Shown in pieces: positions 25,501 through 37,585 of a stretch of 64,000 bases of DNA. Each line of letters begins with the position of its first letter. The stretch's first letter is position 1. The notes under the pieces were generated by a model. It saw only the letters and a program-made list of their open reading frames with translations. It had not been told where the DNA came from and searched no databases. Made by a program: the position numbers and the translations under genes. The stretch comes from Lepidodermella squamata (Eukaryota; Animalia; Gastrotricha). The stretch is taken from the NCBI GenBank assembly GCA_047495785.1, contig JBLDXI010000032.1, positions 3,410,001-3,474,000 of the forward strand, written 5' to 3'.

Positions 25501-28045
25501 GTCAAATTTTGACCCTGAACAGCACCGGGGTCGCGTATCGAATGTGTGCTCGAAATCCGACGCAGCCATTTTGGGACAAGGAAATCGCCTTCCACAAATG
25601 CCGCATGCCATTTTTTGAGCAAATGCTGGCTGAACTTCGGCGAGCTTTGTACCGGCAAACGCAGCAATTCCATCAGACGTTAGGGACTGATATGCAGCAA
25701 ACTGGACTCGCATTCCTATATCGATTTCTCAACTATACTGAGACACAAATGGGAACAGTTTCATCTCCAGTCGACATTGCATCGATGATAGAGATTTTAC
25801 GACTAATCTGCCGTCTCCAAGAGTATGCCGTTAAACGAGTGACGAATACTCGCCGGCCATCGATTCATTACCCAACCTGGGCTGACACAATCGAATTCGG
25901 AAATGTGAGAGTTTGAGAGGTTTCCAATAAATTTCTCAACCTTTTTGTTTATAGAGAACTGTTCAAGCTGTTGAACTTTTGACAAGTTCCAGATGTGAAA
26001 ATGCCTGGAAACTGGTCCAGCCTCTCGGTTCTGAGGCGAACAACCTCTACCGCCTACTTGATCAATTTTCGCAGCTTATAGTCGACAGTTTCCAGTCTCA
26101 TATCGTAAACCGGGATGCTTCACTATCTCAGGCTACCCTACGAATAATTAGACCGGGTATTGTTATGAAAATCCAGCTGGTTCGATGGTCGTCATTCCGC
26201 GGCTTCGCAATGCCCGATTTAACTGATGGCGAGACTTATAAGGTTGAAGCGGATGATGGAGCGCTGTTAATTCCACGAGAAAGTGTCGACTCGCTGAACC
26301 TCACAATCGGTGATACTTACCTCGGAATTTCATGCATCAGATTCGACAATGTTGGTCGGTACCTGCCCAATCATAATGTTGTGATGTAAGTTATCGAGAA
26401 GTTTCCCGTTGAACCGTTGTTAATTTTCCTTTTACAGCCAAAGCAAATGGAACAACATCAATTCAGCCGTTATGACGTTCAAACTTCACGGCCCATCTAT
26501 TGAACCTTATGGAAACTTTTCGATACCATTCACGGTGCGGCTCAAGTATTCGGACAACTACAACATTTCATCGCCGAATTGCGTTCGATTACTTCACAAA
26601 GAAACGTAAAATTTGTTGATTATTTCGAGCGAAAGTCGCTATGTCTGTTATTTTCAGTTCAACGCGAGTGAGGGATTTCGGTAATGAATGGTCTTGGACT
26701 CGTTCTGGCTGTATCCTGAAAGAATTCACCGCAACAGCGGCTACATGCATGTGCCATAACCAAGGGCACTTCGCCTTGACTACAAACATGTTCGATCCTG
26801 ACGTAAGTTTTGTTTCCCAACTTTCCGATAAGGTAACCAACTTACATTTTTCAGTGGAACCGTGAACAAGAGCCTCCTCCACTTCTCAATCCAGCTTCTT
26901 ACATTGGACTAATATTTGGCTTCGTCTGCGTTTTCTCTTCCGTCATAGTCCTCAATTATTATGGGTAATTTGATTTTTTGACTTATAACTTTTGAATCTT
27001 GATAATGATGTCTTCCAGGACTTATACTACAACCGCCTCGATTCACAAGCACTTCGGATTTTCCCTCGCGATGGCCAAACTGTGTTTGATGGTTGGCCTT
27101 GAGCTATATCGCTACAATCAATTGTCGTGTCGCATTTTCACGGTGCTAAATCATTTGTTTTTTACGGCTTCGTTTTGCTGGCTGCTCAATGAAGGCATCA
27201 ATATGTACATCATGGTGACGTACTCGGCCCATTCGAAGTCGCAGCAAACTGAACAAGAAGGTCCTCAGTGGAAATACTACTTCATCGGGTGGATGCTGCC
27301 AACCATAATTGTCGGGACCTTGGCTGGCGTTCAGGGAGACAGCTATTACGCGCCTAACATGTGTTGGGTTGATTGGAACACGAAATGGACATTTCTAGGG
27401 CCTGTCATTGCTTTCCTGTCCGTCAATATGCTCATTTTGACGTTCTCCCTAAAAGAGCATCACGAAACAGCTTACACTAAAAATGAAAAAGCTAACAAAA
27501 TAATAGGGTACGTGAAAAATTGTTCCATCTTCGAAATTACTGATCGATTATTTTCCCTTTTCGCTGCCTTCTAGAACACACATGAAAGCCATCTGGACTC
27601 AACTTATCTTACTGAGCTCAGATTGGTTGTTTGCCTTCATGTCAATCCGAATGTTGGGTCATGTCATCAAAATTCTGTTCATGATCGTTACAATGCTGCA
27701 GGTATTTTATCTACCTCCTTTATCAATTCTTTTCTAGTTATATGATTCCTTTAGGGTTCGTTTTTCCTCATTTTCTACGTTCTGCTTAATGATGAAGTTC
27801 GTCGATTACGAGCTGAACGATTGCGCGAACTTGAACAGCGGGAAGACGAGACGAGACGATCGCTGGAAGATTTGTTAGCTGCTGCTGTTATTGGGAAAGA
27901 CTCGATGGTGGTTAGACGCGGTGGTCCTGCAAGCGACTCAATGCGAATCGCTATAAAACAACGTAATAAGAGTGATGATGAGGAGGAAAGCACAACAACC
28001 GATCTTCGGGGTCGACATAATATTGAAAACTCGGATTCTGACTAA
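22511..28045 (+). CDS. Adhesion GPCR: signal peptide, EGF-like, pentraxin/LamG, HormR, GAIN/GPS and secretin-type 7TM domains
   Basis: EGF (CINTDTGYKCRCGIGF). Pentraxin (WYHIVWTW, LILGQ, VNIWNEQLT, GNLVQW). HormR (CP..VYWPRT..VPCP..AYRMC). GPS (WSWTRSGC..TCMCHNQGHFAL). 7TM (CRIFTVLNHLFFTASFCWLLNEG, YYFIGW, CWVD). Multi-exon. Confidence 0.88.
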
Positions 28046-28230
28046 CTTCGTCTTTATCATAGACATCTCAAATTTATTGTCTTAATCCATGATATCATCA
28101 AAAATTTGCAATAATGATGGAGCAACGAAGAATAAATTCTTTATAAGTAAATTAGGCTGAATGTCACGCACTGGGTGGAGATTGTAAGAAGTAGCAACGA
28201 AAAAATTTGGCGAAAAAAGGTTGAAAGAAA

Positions 28231-29050
28231 CTATAGGATTCCATCGCTAATAATGGATCTCACGCCTTTGAATTTGTTATTTTCTAATTCAATCATTTTA
28301 CCGGCCGAAGCTTTCTTATAGCCTCTGCTGGGAACTAAGTCATCACGTAGCCTGTCGCCTGTTATGGGATCGTAAACTGCTGATCGTTGATAAGCATAAG
28401 TTCTTTCGACTTCTTTAGTTGGCGGCGGCTCGATGGATTTGAGCATACCAAGGTAGGCATGAACACGGCCGTACTGAGTAGTATAAACTGGACGCTGTTG
28501 CCGCATCACATCTTTCACCCCGACACTATCCATCTGCTTAGCACCAATAGCAAGACGGTTGATTTTATGCCTCGAAGCCTTTTAAAAATGCATTGGAATG
28601 ACAAAATATTTGCCCAAAAGATAAATGTTACCGTTGTCAATGGTTTTTCCTTGCAAAATTGCTCTGCGTATGATGGTTCAAAGCGATGATACTCGTCGAA
28701 GCCAAGAGATGGAAGCGTGTCAGGATAAGTGAATCCGGGCTCTCGTTGCCTGCTGGATGAATGCAGTTGCGTGAACTCCTGAATCGAGCTAAGTTGTTCA
28801 TCTACATCCAATTAGGTGGTAAATTCAAGCATACCCTATCGTGAGTCGTACGATCATTCACCCAGTCAAAATTATGAGACATGAGTAAAGTCGACGTGTG
28901 CATTGGCCTTGACCCTTTGCGTACTTTTGCCGGCGAGTCTTTAGAGTAATACTGTTGAGCAATTCCAGCATCAGGGTCGACCTTGACGAAAGGTTCTTGA
29001 CCGCCATCGGCAGATTTCAGTAAGAGCACACTTTTTCCTTGGCCAAACAT
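28231..29050 (-). CDS. Uncharacterised three-exon hydrophilic protein
   Basis: Three consecutive minus-strand ORFs can be joined. Intron ~28579-28631 (GTAACA..AAAAG) gives an in-frame join LTT/ASRHKINRL. First intron (~28802-28851) is less certain. Confidence 0.55.
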
Positions 29051-30594
29051 TGTTAATATAAAGTCGTCTAGAATAAAGAGCGCGAAGTTTTCAGTTGTTC
29101 ATGATGCAGAATTATAAGATATTTTGCAGCGATAAATTCTGATTGGCTACCAATCTACGGGAAACGCTTGATTCACGAAATTACCCTAGTTTGGAAATAC
29201 CTACACTCTCAAGCACCCAAACTAATCACAAACTTGAAGGAAAGGAGAATGATCTTGTAGTCGTCTGCAAACCACCGACTGTGGCAGATGCCGAAAATAG
29301 CAGGCACTCGTTAGCGCCTGTAACTGCTACATCTACGTCGATTGTTCACAATCATCGCCTCTCAGACACAATCTGATTGGCGTTGACCTTTGATATGAGC
29401 GCATGATTTCAGGCTAGAACATTCAACGGCAAGTATACTGATAGCGTTCTGGCCCGCGTCCTCATCACCATGGCAATGAAAATATTGATTTTGATAAATG
29501 TAAATTTTATTACATTATTTGTCCTAAATTGGTAAATGTGATAATATGGGGTGACAAACAAACGTTATTGCGCGGTATTTGCGCTTCATTTGTTCTCGTT
29601 TTTGGCAAGCTATGAGAACGTTTTTCGAACCGTGCACCACATTCGTCATGCTGTCGTCAGACTGTAAGCTTTGTGCTTTCTACCCGTTTTCGGATCGGAG
29701 TGCTTCCCCTGTGTACTTATTCGGGCTGGTTGGGCGTGATTTATCCACATTGAAATGTATCTGAAGTTGGCGAGGCATTCGATAGCGGGCCCTTGTTATT
29801 CCGGCCCCTAACCCCAAGTCTGACTCCAACCTTAACACGTACCCCAACCCATCATAATGCCAATAACCCGCATGAAAGTAGTCAGATCGATCTTGAAATG
29901 AATTTACGAGGCCCTACAACTTCGTCACATTGAAGACCTGCCGAGCTATGCGAACCTGAGGCTGACAATTGCCCCACTGGTTTTTTGTAAATTGGAAAGA
30001 AATTCTCAGCGATTAGGGGATTGAATTCTAAAGAACCAGTCGATAGAGAATCACATTTTCTGTTGGCATGTCGTCGACGTCGTCAAATTTCTTTAGAACA
30101 ACGGCAGCAAGTTACGGAAAAGCTAATGGGTCAGCTTTTTCAACAATTTATGTGTGGCTAGTTATTATTCATGTTGTGGTTTCTTGCTCTTTTTGCTTAG
30201 GATGTTCGACAACGACTCTTTACCGTAAGGTAGATAAAATTATACATTTCCTGCTTCAAAAAGTGCAAATTCGACCGATTTCGCATTTCTGAATTCGAGC
30301 GGCTCGACTTGCGAGGAATAATGCACTTGCCCATTGTCACACTTTTGCCTCTCATTCCCATTTGCTCGTGTCATATCTGAACGGTTGACGGATTGTAAAT
30401 TATTAGCGGTTGGCACTCGCCTTAGCTATCTTGTCCACTCGTTGAAAAATTTGGAGGTTCTTTACAATCATCGCTTGAAGTGTCCATGGCGTGATATGTA
30501 TTTGCTTGGATTGATTTTGATATTACTTTTTCCCTCTAGTTTTCTCCAAATAAATGGAATTTTTTTGATGCGGCAACTATATTTAATGTAAGTC

Positions 30595-31482
30595 ATGACA
30601 GCTCAAACTCTCATCAATTCTCGCTACAAAAGCACAATATCATCGGATATTGACTTGCTGAAAAACCATCGGTCAAACATCTCGAATTGTGTTTCGTCGC
30701 ATCAGCGAAAATATTTACAACGAGAAATAAATGCAGCCGCTAAAACGATGGCCAGGCTGTCCCGAAATATCAGCGATTTTCAAAATATTGTTTACTCCGA
30801 GGAAGCTAAATCCAGGGGCCCAGAGTTTACCACCAACTCTGAATTCATTCTTTCTGCTTGCAAGGAGATGGATCTATTCATAGCTGAATTTAATGCAGTT
30901 TCCTCATCGCTCATTAATGATGAAAGCTCATCAACTCCACAGACTAGCTCTTCGATTCAGCAACTTCAGCTCGAAGGCGTCACTCTTCAAATTGAAGACA
31001 GGCAAAATCTGGAAGAAGTCAAAGCTCTCGAGAACAGTATTGCTAATCTTCACGTAACTTTCAAGCAATTCGCCAAAGTTGTTAACGAGCAAGAAAGTCA
31101 GATTGCTACGATTGAAGATAACATTGAAAGTGCCAGCCATAATGTTGAAACCGGTAGTCGGAGCCTGAAAAAGGCTCTGACGCTTAAAGCTGCCGCGATG
31201 CCAGTTGCAGGTGCAGCTGTGGGCGCGATCGTTGGCGGACCTGTTGGACTGGTCCTTGGGGTCAAGCTCGGCATAGCAGCGGGTCTCACTTTGGGCGTTG
31301 GCGGTGGAGTGGCTGGTGGAATTCTCGCTAAGAAGCAAATGACAAGTCACCTCGAAAGCGAAAATCAAGCGCAAGACGCAGAACCCTCTTCATCATCACT
31401 GATACCCAGTCCTTCAAATGCATTGGTAGCCGCTAGCCTTTCGTCAAAATTCAGACGCTTATTTACTATGGGAAGGTCATGA
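30595..31482 (+). CDS. STX17: Syntaxin-17 (autophagosomal Qa-SNARE), intronless
   Basis: SNARE motif (VNEQESQIATIEDNI) followed by the glycine-zipper TM hairpin GAAVGAIVGGPVGLVLGVKLG; N-terminal Habc region resembles STX17. Confidence 0.85.
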   Translation: MTAQTLINSRYKSTISSDIDLLKNHRSNISNCVSSHQRKYLQREINAAAKTMARLSRNISDFQNIVYSEEAKSRGPEFTTNSEFILSACKEMDLFIAEFNAVSSSLINDESSSTPQTSSSIQQLQLEGVTLQIEDRQNLEEVKALENSIANLHVTFKQFAKVVNEQESQIATIEDNIESASHNVETGSRSLKKALTLKAAAMPVAGAAVGAIVGGPVGLVLGVKLGIAAGLTLGVGGGVAGGILAKKQMTSHLESENQAQDAEPSSSSLIPSPSNALVAASLSSKFRRLFTMGRS

Positions 31483-31599
31483 TAACTAATTTTACTGATT
31501 GTTTAAAATCTCTTGTTGACTATTTTGTAAGATTTTATAACAAGCTTCAAGTAAACGTAAGACTCATTGGCAATTCTTTTCAATTTTTTAGACTTTTAA

Positions 31600-32197
31600 A
31601 TGGCTGATAACAGTAGTAGCGATGGCAGCAATGTTGGATTGCAGCACGTGAAAGCTTTAGAAACTGCTTTTTACGTAAGTAGTCTGATAATTTTAAATCC
31701 CAGCTGAAATGTTTGTGATATTTAGAACTGCTTACCCCAAGTTCAACACGCTCTTACCACGCCTGAGGATCACGATGAGACTAAGAAAAGTTTGTAATGC
31801 TTTTTGCTCTTATCAGCGTTTCATACTCAGACATTTAGTTGTCGAGCAAAGAGCTGATGGTTATTTGGCCAGTTATCAGCGCTTGTTGGACTGGCTTCAA
31901 CGTGTTCGTCTGATTAGCCATCTTGCGAATCCTGAGCAAGTTCTCAGCGACGAAATATCAGTCATGCAAACTGAGTTGAATCGAAAACGCCAAATTCTAG
32001 CGGCCACTCGCGAGAGAATACAGTCGTGGCAACATCTATTATCCGCGCCCCTTTCGAGTGTCATTGAGCAGGGCGAGTCTCATCTGCCGACGCCGTATCC
32101 GAGTGGAACCATGCCTAGTACATCGACACCGATGATGGCATCCGCCTCGAGTTCTTTCTCTCAACAAAACTTGTCGAGAGGCCTGTCTCACAATTAA
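31600..32197 (+). CDS. MED28: Mediator subunit 28
   Basis: Spliced product VKALETAFYNC..VEQRADGYL..PEQVLSDEISVMQTELNRKRQIL..IQSWQHLL matches the MED28 pattern; two short introns. Confidence 0.75.
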
Positions 32198-32294
32198 CAT
32201 TCTCGTCTTTGCATGAATTGATAAATTCCTGTTTTCCTCGCTCAATTATATTTATCAAATTCTATATAGATTTTATTTGTTTGGTTGAGAAACA

Positions 32295-34000
32295 ATGACT
32301 GATCGGGAAGAGAGTGATGTTGACACCAATGTTCGGCGCCGTTCGATCCCTGGTATGGGTAACAGGAGATCGGGTGAGGCGGAAAACCGAGGCGGTGGCG
32401 GAACGACTGGTGGTTCTGAGGACGAGGACATGCGGCCTGATTTGAACGCAGCTTCGACTATACCGGCGAGTGACGATCGAACGGCTGAATTCATTGATTC
32501 TGCCTTGAAGGATTTCTCACCTCGATGGCGCAACTGGATCGTCCGGTTTTTTCTAGGCTGGGCCATGATTTTCGGCTTCTTATTCGTAATTTGGCTTGGA
32601 CCGCCTGCTCTCATTGTTTTGGTAATACTAAAACTTGTAACTAATGCCCCTTTCATACAGAATTTTTCGTGTTTTACAGATTTACCTTGTTCAAATTAAA
32701 GTCTTTTTGGAAATTATCACGATTGGCTACACGGTGTATCACTCTTACAATTTGCCATGGTTCCGCGTTCTATCGTGGTATTTCCTCTTCACATCGAACT
32801 ATTATTTTTACGGCGAATCGGTCATCGATCACTTTGGTCTCATGTTTAAAACCACAGTAAGTGGAAACATTGATTTTTCTCACAATTTCGTTAATTTTTC
32901 TAATTGCAGAGCTTCATGGACCCATTTATCCGCTATCACCGTTTCATCTCGTTTATGCTATACATCGTTGGTTTTATCGCATTCGTTTTGACCCTGCGAA
33001 AACGGTACTACCTAAGACAATTCTTGTTGGTATGTTGATAGCCTTTTCTCGTTCAATTACTGAAATAATTATTGAATCTTCTAGTTCGGCTGGACTCACA
33101 TGACTTTGTTACTAACTGTCTCATCGGCTCACATGCTGATTCAAAATCTCTTTGAGGGCATAATCTGGCTGGTCGTGCCCCTATCTATGGTCATATGCAA
33201 CGACATCTGGGCGTACTTTTTCGGCTTCGCTTTCGGAAAAACGCCTCTAATCAAGTTGTCGCCGAAGAAAACTTGGGAAGGCTTCATTGGCGGCGCTTTT
33301 GCCACTGTTCTTTTCTCGATCGGGGTGAGTAAAGCTATATTTCGATAATTTTTTGAAAAAAGCCCGTATTTGGTTGTGTCGAAACAACTTTTTTGTGGGA
33401 TTTATTCGCAAATCTAAAAATTTCATAACTTGATCAAAATTGAATCTAAGTTGTAAATGTTCATTTTGTTTGCAGTGGGGCTACTTTCTGATGCGATACA
33501 AATACTTCATCTGCCCATTCGAGTATTCACCCGAAACTAGCAGCCTTGTGTATGACTGCGTGCCAAATCCTGTTTTCCGCCTGAAATCATACGCGTTGCC
33601 GAGGTTTCTACAAGACGCTTCGGCGCTGATATACGGCACACCGATGAAATCGGTCGATATTTACCCGTTCCTGTTGCACTGCATCGTAATGAGCCTGTTC
33701 GCCTCTCTTGTCAGCCCGTTCGGCGGCTTCTTTGCCAGCGGCTTCAAGCGCGCTTTTAAAATCAAAGACTTCGCTTCAACGATTCCGGGCCACGGCGGCA
33801 TTCTCGACCGCGTCGATTGCCAACTGTTGAACGGCATCTTCGTCAAAGTTTTTTACACTTCTTTTGTGCGTGGCTACCACCCGCAGCGTCTGCTGCAGCA
33901 AATTGTGCAGCTGACCGTGGAGGAACAACTCGATATTTACGCCCGCCTCGGGACTATGCTGCAAGCCTCGGGTGTCTTGCCTGCTATTGCGGGTGCTTGA
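32295..34000 (+). CDS. CDS2: Phosphatidate cytidylyltransferase (CDP-DAG synthase)
   Basis: [62 protein letters not shown]; multi-exon. Symbol stands for the CDS1/2 family. Confidence 0.93.
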
Positions 34001-35106
34001 GCGATATGATTGTTTTGATGTATTTTCAAGCGATAATTTTCGGCGACTGGTCGCCCATCGGTGTAAATGTTGTTTGTTTCCCTTCGCGCTTTTCCCATTA
34101 AAAATATTCGAAAAGGAACTCTGCTGTTTTTCTCTGTTTCGTCCACCTAAATAATTATTATTCAAGAATCTGGATAAGCAATATGAAAGATGATGAAGCA
34201 AGCCCAATTGAAAAATAATTTTTATTTTAGCAGCATGAGTCATAATTCAGAAAATATATTATTGACTGTATGGAAGATGAAATATGCCAAAAGCGAGAGG
34301 ATCGACGAATCCTTTACTGAGCTTTATCGAATTACTGCTCTCAAGTGTTCATGCTTTGATTGAAACTTGAAAATCCATTATATTCATCAGTGTCACTTCG
34401 CATTCGATTGTAAATTGTGCTTCTGTGAGTTCTGTATTTTCGGAAACTGATTGTGTAGCGAAATTGTGAATTTCAGTCGTCATTTTCAATGTCTCCTTTA
34501 CACTCGTTTGAATTCTAATAAAAACAGTTATTTGCGATAAACTCACTCCGATTTTATTTTTCGTAACTGGCCATTCTCATAATATTATGATATAATAGAA
34601 GATCAAACAGCGCATCACAACGTCGTTTTTTATACAGTACAGCAGATAGCTGGTATCACGAGAAAGAGACATGTTCCAAGCGTTCAGCTGCTGAGATGAT
34701 ATGCGGAGTTTTCGTGCCTGCTTTTCATTAGTCGATAGCCGGCAGTCATTAACTTAACGCGTCTAGGCACCATCCGGTGGCTACAAGCGGAGCATGTCAG
34801 CCAAAACCCAACAAATTGCACTAGGTATCGAGTTTGAACCAAACCGTTGACCAGAGAAAACAAAAAGACGAACGAAATGAATGCTTTTCGCATTTCTTTA
34901 ATGGCCTGATTATTCTTTCATTCATCAATAATAATAATATAAGTCATTGCATCTTCACCATTCATTCATACAGAAGGTATACAACAATTGATTCACAAAA
35001 AGGACGAATATCACCAGCAAAAATGATCCTAATTACTAGTTTAAATATTGTTTTTGAAGCGCAAGAATGACATCATTGAGGCAGTCGTGGAGATTGTTTG
35101 AACGGC

Positions 35107-37244
35107 TTACAGCTCACCCTCTTCGTCAGTGGGTGGAGGAGCACCACCGGCACCGCCCGCGCCACCAGCACCGTACAACTTAGAGATGATTGGGTTCACG
35201 GTCTCTTCGATGGACTTCTTTTGCTCCTTGTATTCTTCGGCGTCGGAGTCTTGGTGCTTTTCGAGCCATTCGATACCACTCTGGACGGCCTTTTCAACGG
35301 TCTCCTTGTCGGCTTCAGCGAGCTTGCCGCCAAGCTTTTCCTTATCGGCGAGTTGAGTCTTGAGCGAGTAGACGTACGACTCGAGTTCGTTGCGAGCGTT
35401 AACACGTTCGCTGGTCTTCTTGTCTTCCTCGGCGAACTTCTCGGCATCCTTTAGAAAAGAACCAATTATATAAAGCAAAATTTTGATTTCGATTAACAAA
35501 CCTTGATCATGCGCTCGATTTCCTCAGACTTCAAGCGGTTGCTGTCGGCTTGGATAACGATGTTGTTCTTGTTGCCAGTGCCCTTGTCTTCAGCGGTGAC
35601 CTTCAAGATGCCGTTGACATCGATTTCGAAGGTAACTTCGATCTGAGGAACGCCGCGGGGAGCCGGAGGAATGCCAGTCAGATCGAAGTTGCCGAGCAGA
35701 TGGTTGTCCTTGGTCATCGGACGCTCACCTTCGTAGACCTTGATGGTGACGGTCGGTTGGTTGTCGGAGGCGGTCGAGAAGATCTGAGACTTCTTGGTCG
35801 GGATGACGGTGTTACGCGGGATCAGCTTGGTCATGACGCCACCAACGGTTTCGATACCGAGGGTCAGAGGGTTGACGTCGAGAAGGACAAGGTCCTGGCC
35901 GGTGTCTTCACCAGAGAGAACGCCACCCTGGACGGCAGCACCATAGGCGACGGCTTCATCGGGGTTGATACCGCGGTTTGGCTCCTTGCCATCGAAGAAC
36001 TCACGGACGAGTTGCTGAACCTTGGGGATACGAGTTGAGCCACCGACCAACACAACTTCATCGACGTCGGTCTTCTTAAGGCCACCGTCTTCCAAGACCT
36101 TCTGAAGAGGCTTCAGGCACGAGCGGAACAGGTCCATGTTGAGCTCTTCGAATTTGGCACGGGTCAAGGTTTCCGAGAAGTCCTCGCCTTCAAAGAGAGC
36201 TTCGATTTCGATCTTAGCCTCATGTTGGTAAGACAGGGCGCGCTTCGCCTTTTCGACTTCACGACGGAGCTTCTGGACAGCACGGCTGCTCTTGCGCATA
36301 TCCTTGCCGGTCTTCTTCTTGTGAACCTTGATCAAGTAGTCCATAACACGTTGGTCGAAATCTTCACCGCCAAGATGAGTATCGCCGTTAGTGGCAACGA
36401 CTTCGAAAACACCGTTGTCGATGGTAAGGAGAGACACATCGAAAGTACCACCTCCGAGATCGAAGATGAGAACGTTCTTCTCGCCCTTCTTGTCGAGACC
36501 ATAGGCGATGGCGGCGGCGGTCGGTTCGTTGATAATGCGAACAACGTTGAGGCCTGAGATGGTGCCGGCATCCTTGGTTGATTGACGCTGAGCATCGTTG
36601 AAGTAAGCTGGTACAGTAACAACGGCGTGCTTGAGGGGCTTGCCAAGGTACGACTCGGCGATTTCCTTCATCTTGACCAGAACCATAGCAGAGATTTCTT
36701 CAGGGGCGAAAGTCTTGAGCTCGGTGCCAACGTTCAGCTGAACGTAGGGCTTCTTGCTCTTTTCGATAACCTTGAAGGGGTAGAACTTGATGTCGTGTTG
36801 GACAGCAGGGTCATCCCATGAACGACCGATGAGACGCTTGACGTCGAAGACGGTGTTCTCCGGGTTGGTGGTCAGCTGATTCTTGGCAGAGTCACCAATG
36901 AGACGCTCGCCCTCAGCAGTGAATGCAACATATGATGGGGTGATGCGGTTGCCCTGGTCGTTGGGGATAATTTCAACACGGCCACTGCGCATAACACCAA
37001 CGCTAAAAACAACGGCATATTAGATACACATATCTAAATCATTGAGTAAGAAAGCTTACCATGAGTATGTGGTTCCCAAATCGATACCAATAACGGTCCC
37101 CAACTTGTCCTTCTTGTCTTTGTCTTCATCAGCAAAGACAGCGCCATAGACGCAAAGACCAAGTAACAATAGAACACTTTGTCTCTGAAAAGCAATACAA
37201 CTGTTTAGATATGCTTGACAAGAGTCATGATCGGAACTTACCAT
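35107..37244 (-). CDS. HSPA5: ER chaperone BiP/GRP78 (Hsp70)
   Basis: Signal peptide, [50 protein letters not shown]-terminus EGEL. First coding exon is ATG only (37242-37244). Confidence 0.96.
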
Positions 37245-37410
37245 TGTCACTATAAGTGATTAATATTCGATAAGAAAAGATTGGATTGAATCAATGAAAT
37301 TTAATGTTCAATGTATATCTTCAATTGAGAATGAATGAATACGATGGAGAGTTGGCGGCTTAATGTAGTGGTATCGGCGTATCCGTCCAGAATTTACGCG
37401 AACGATGCGC

Positions 37411-37585
37411 TGACGTGGGATGCTACGTGGCAAAATTTCAAGTCACGTGATTGGTAATAAAAAATTTCGAAAATTTAAATTAAATAAGAATCTAGGTATA
37501 ATCTACGATTTTTCAAAATAAGTGTGACTTTATTTTTGATGTGGCGCTAAAGAAAAAAATTCAAATCGGCAAAAATCCCACGTCA
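37411..37585. promoter_or_regulatory. UPR-element cluster upstream of BiP
   Basis: TGACGTGG at 37411-37418 and on the reverse strand at 37578-37585. TACGTGGC at 37424-37431. TCACGTGATTGG (E-box plus CCAAT) at ~37443-37454. Confidence 0.6.

Noticed and set aside
29800-29850. CCCTAACCCC/CCTTAAC telomere-like motifs
   Set aside because: Few and degenerate; not an array.
35098-36821. Long antisense and alternative-frame ORFs over BiP
   Set aside because: Well-known by-product of strong codon bias in Hsp70 genes.
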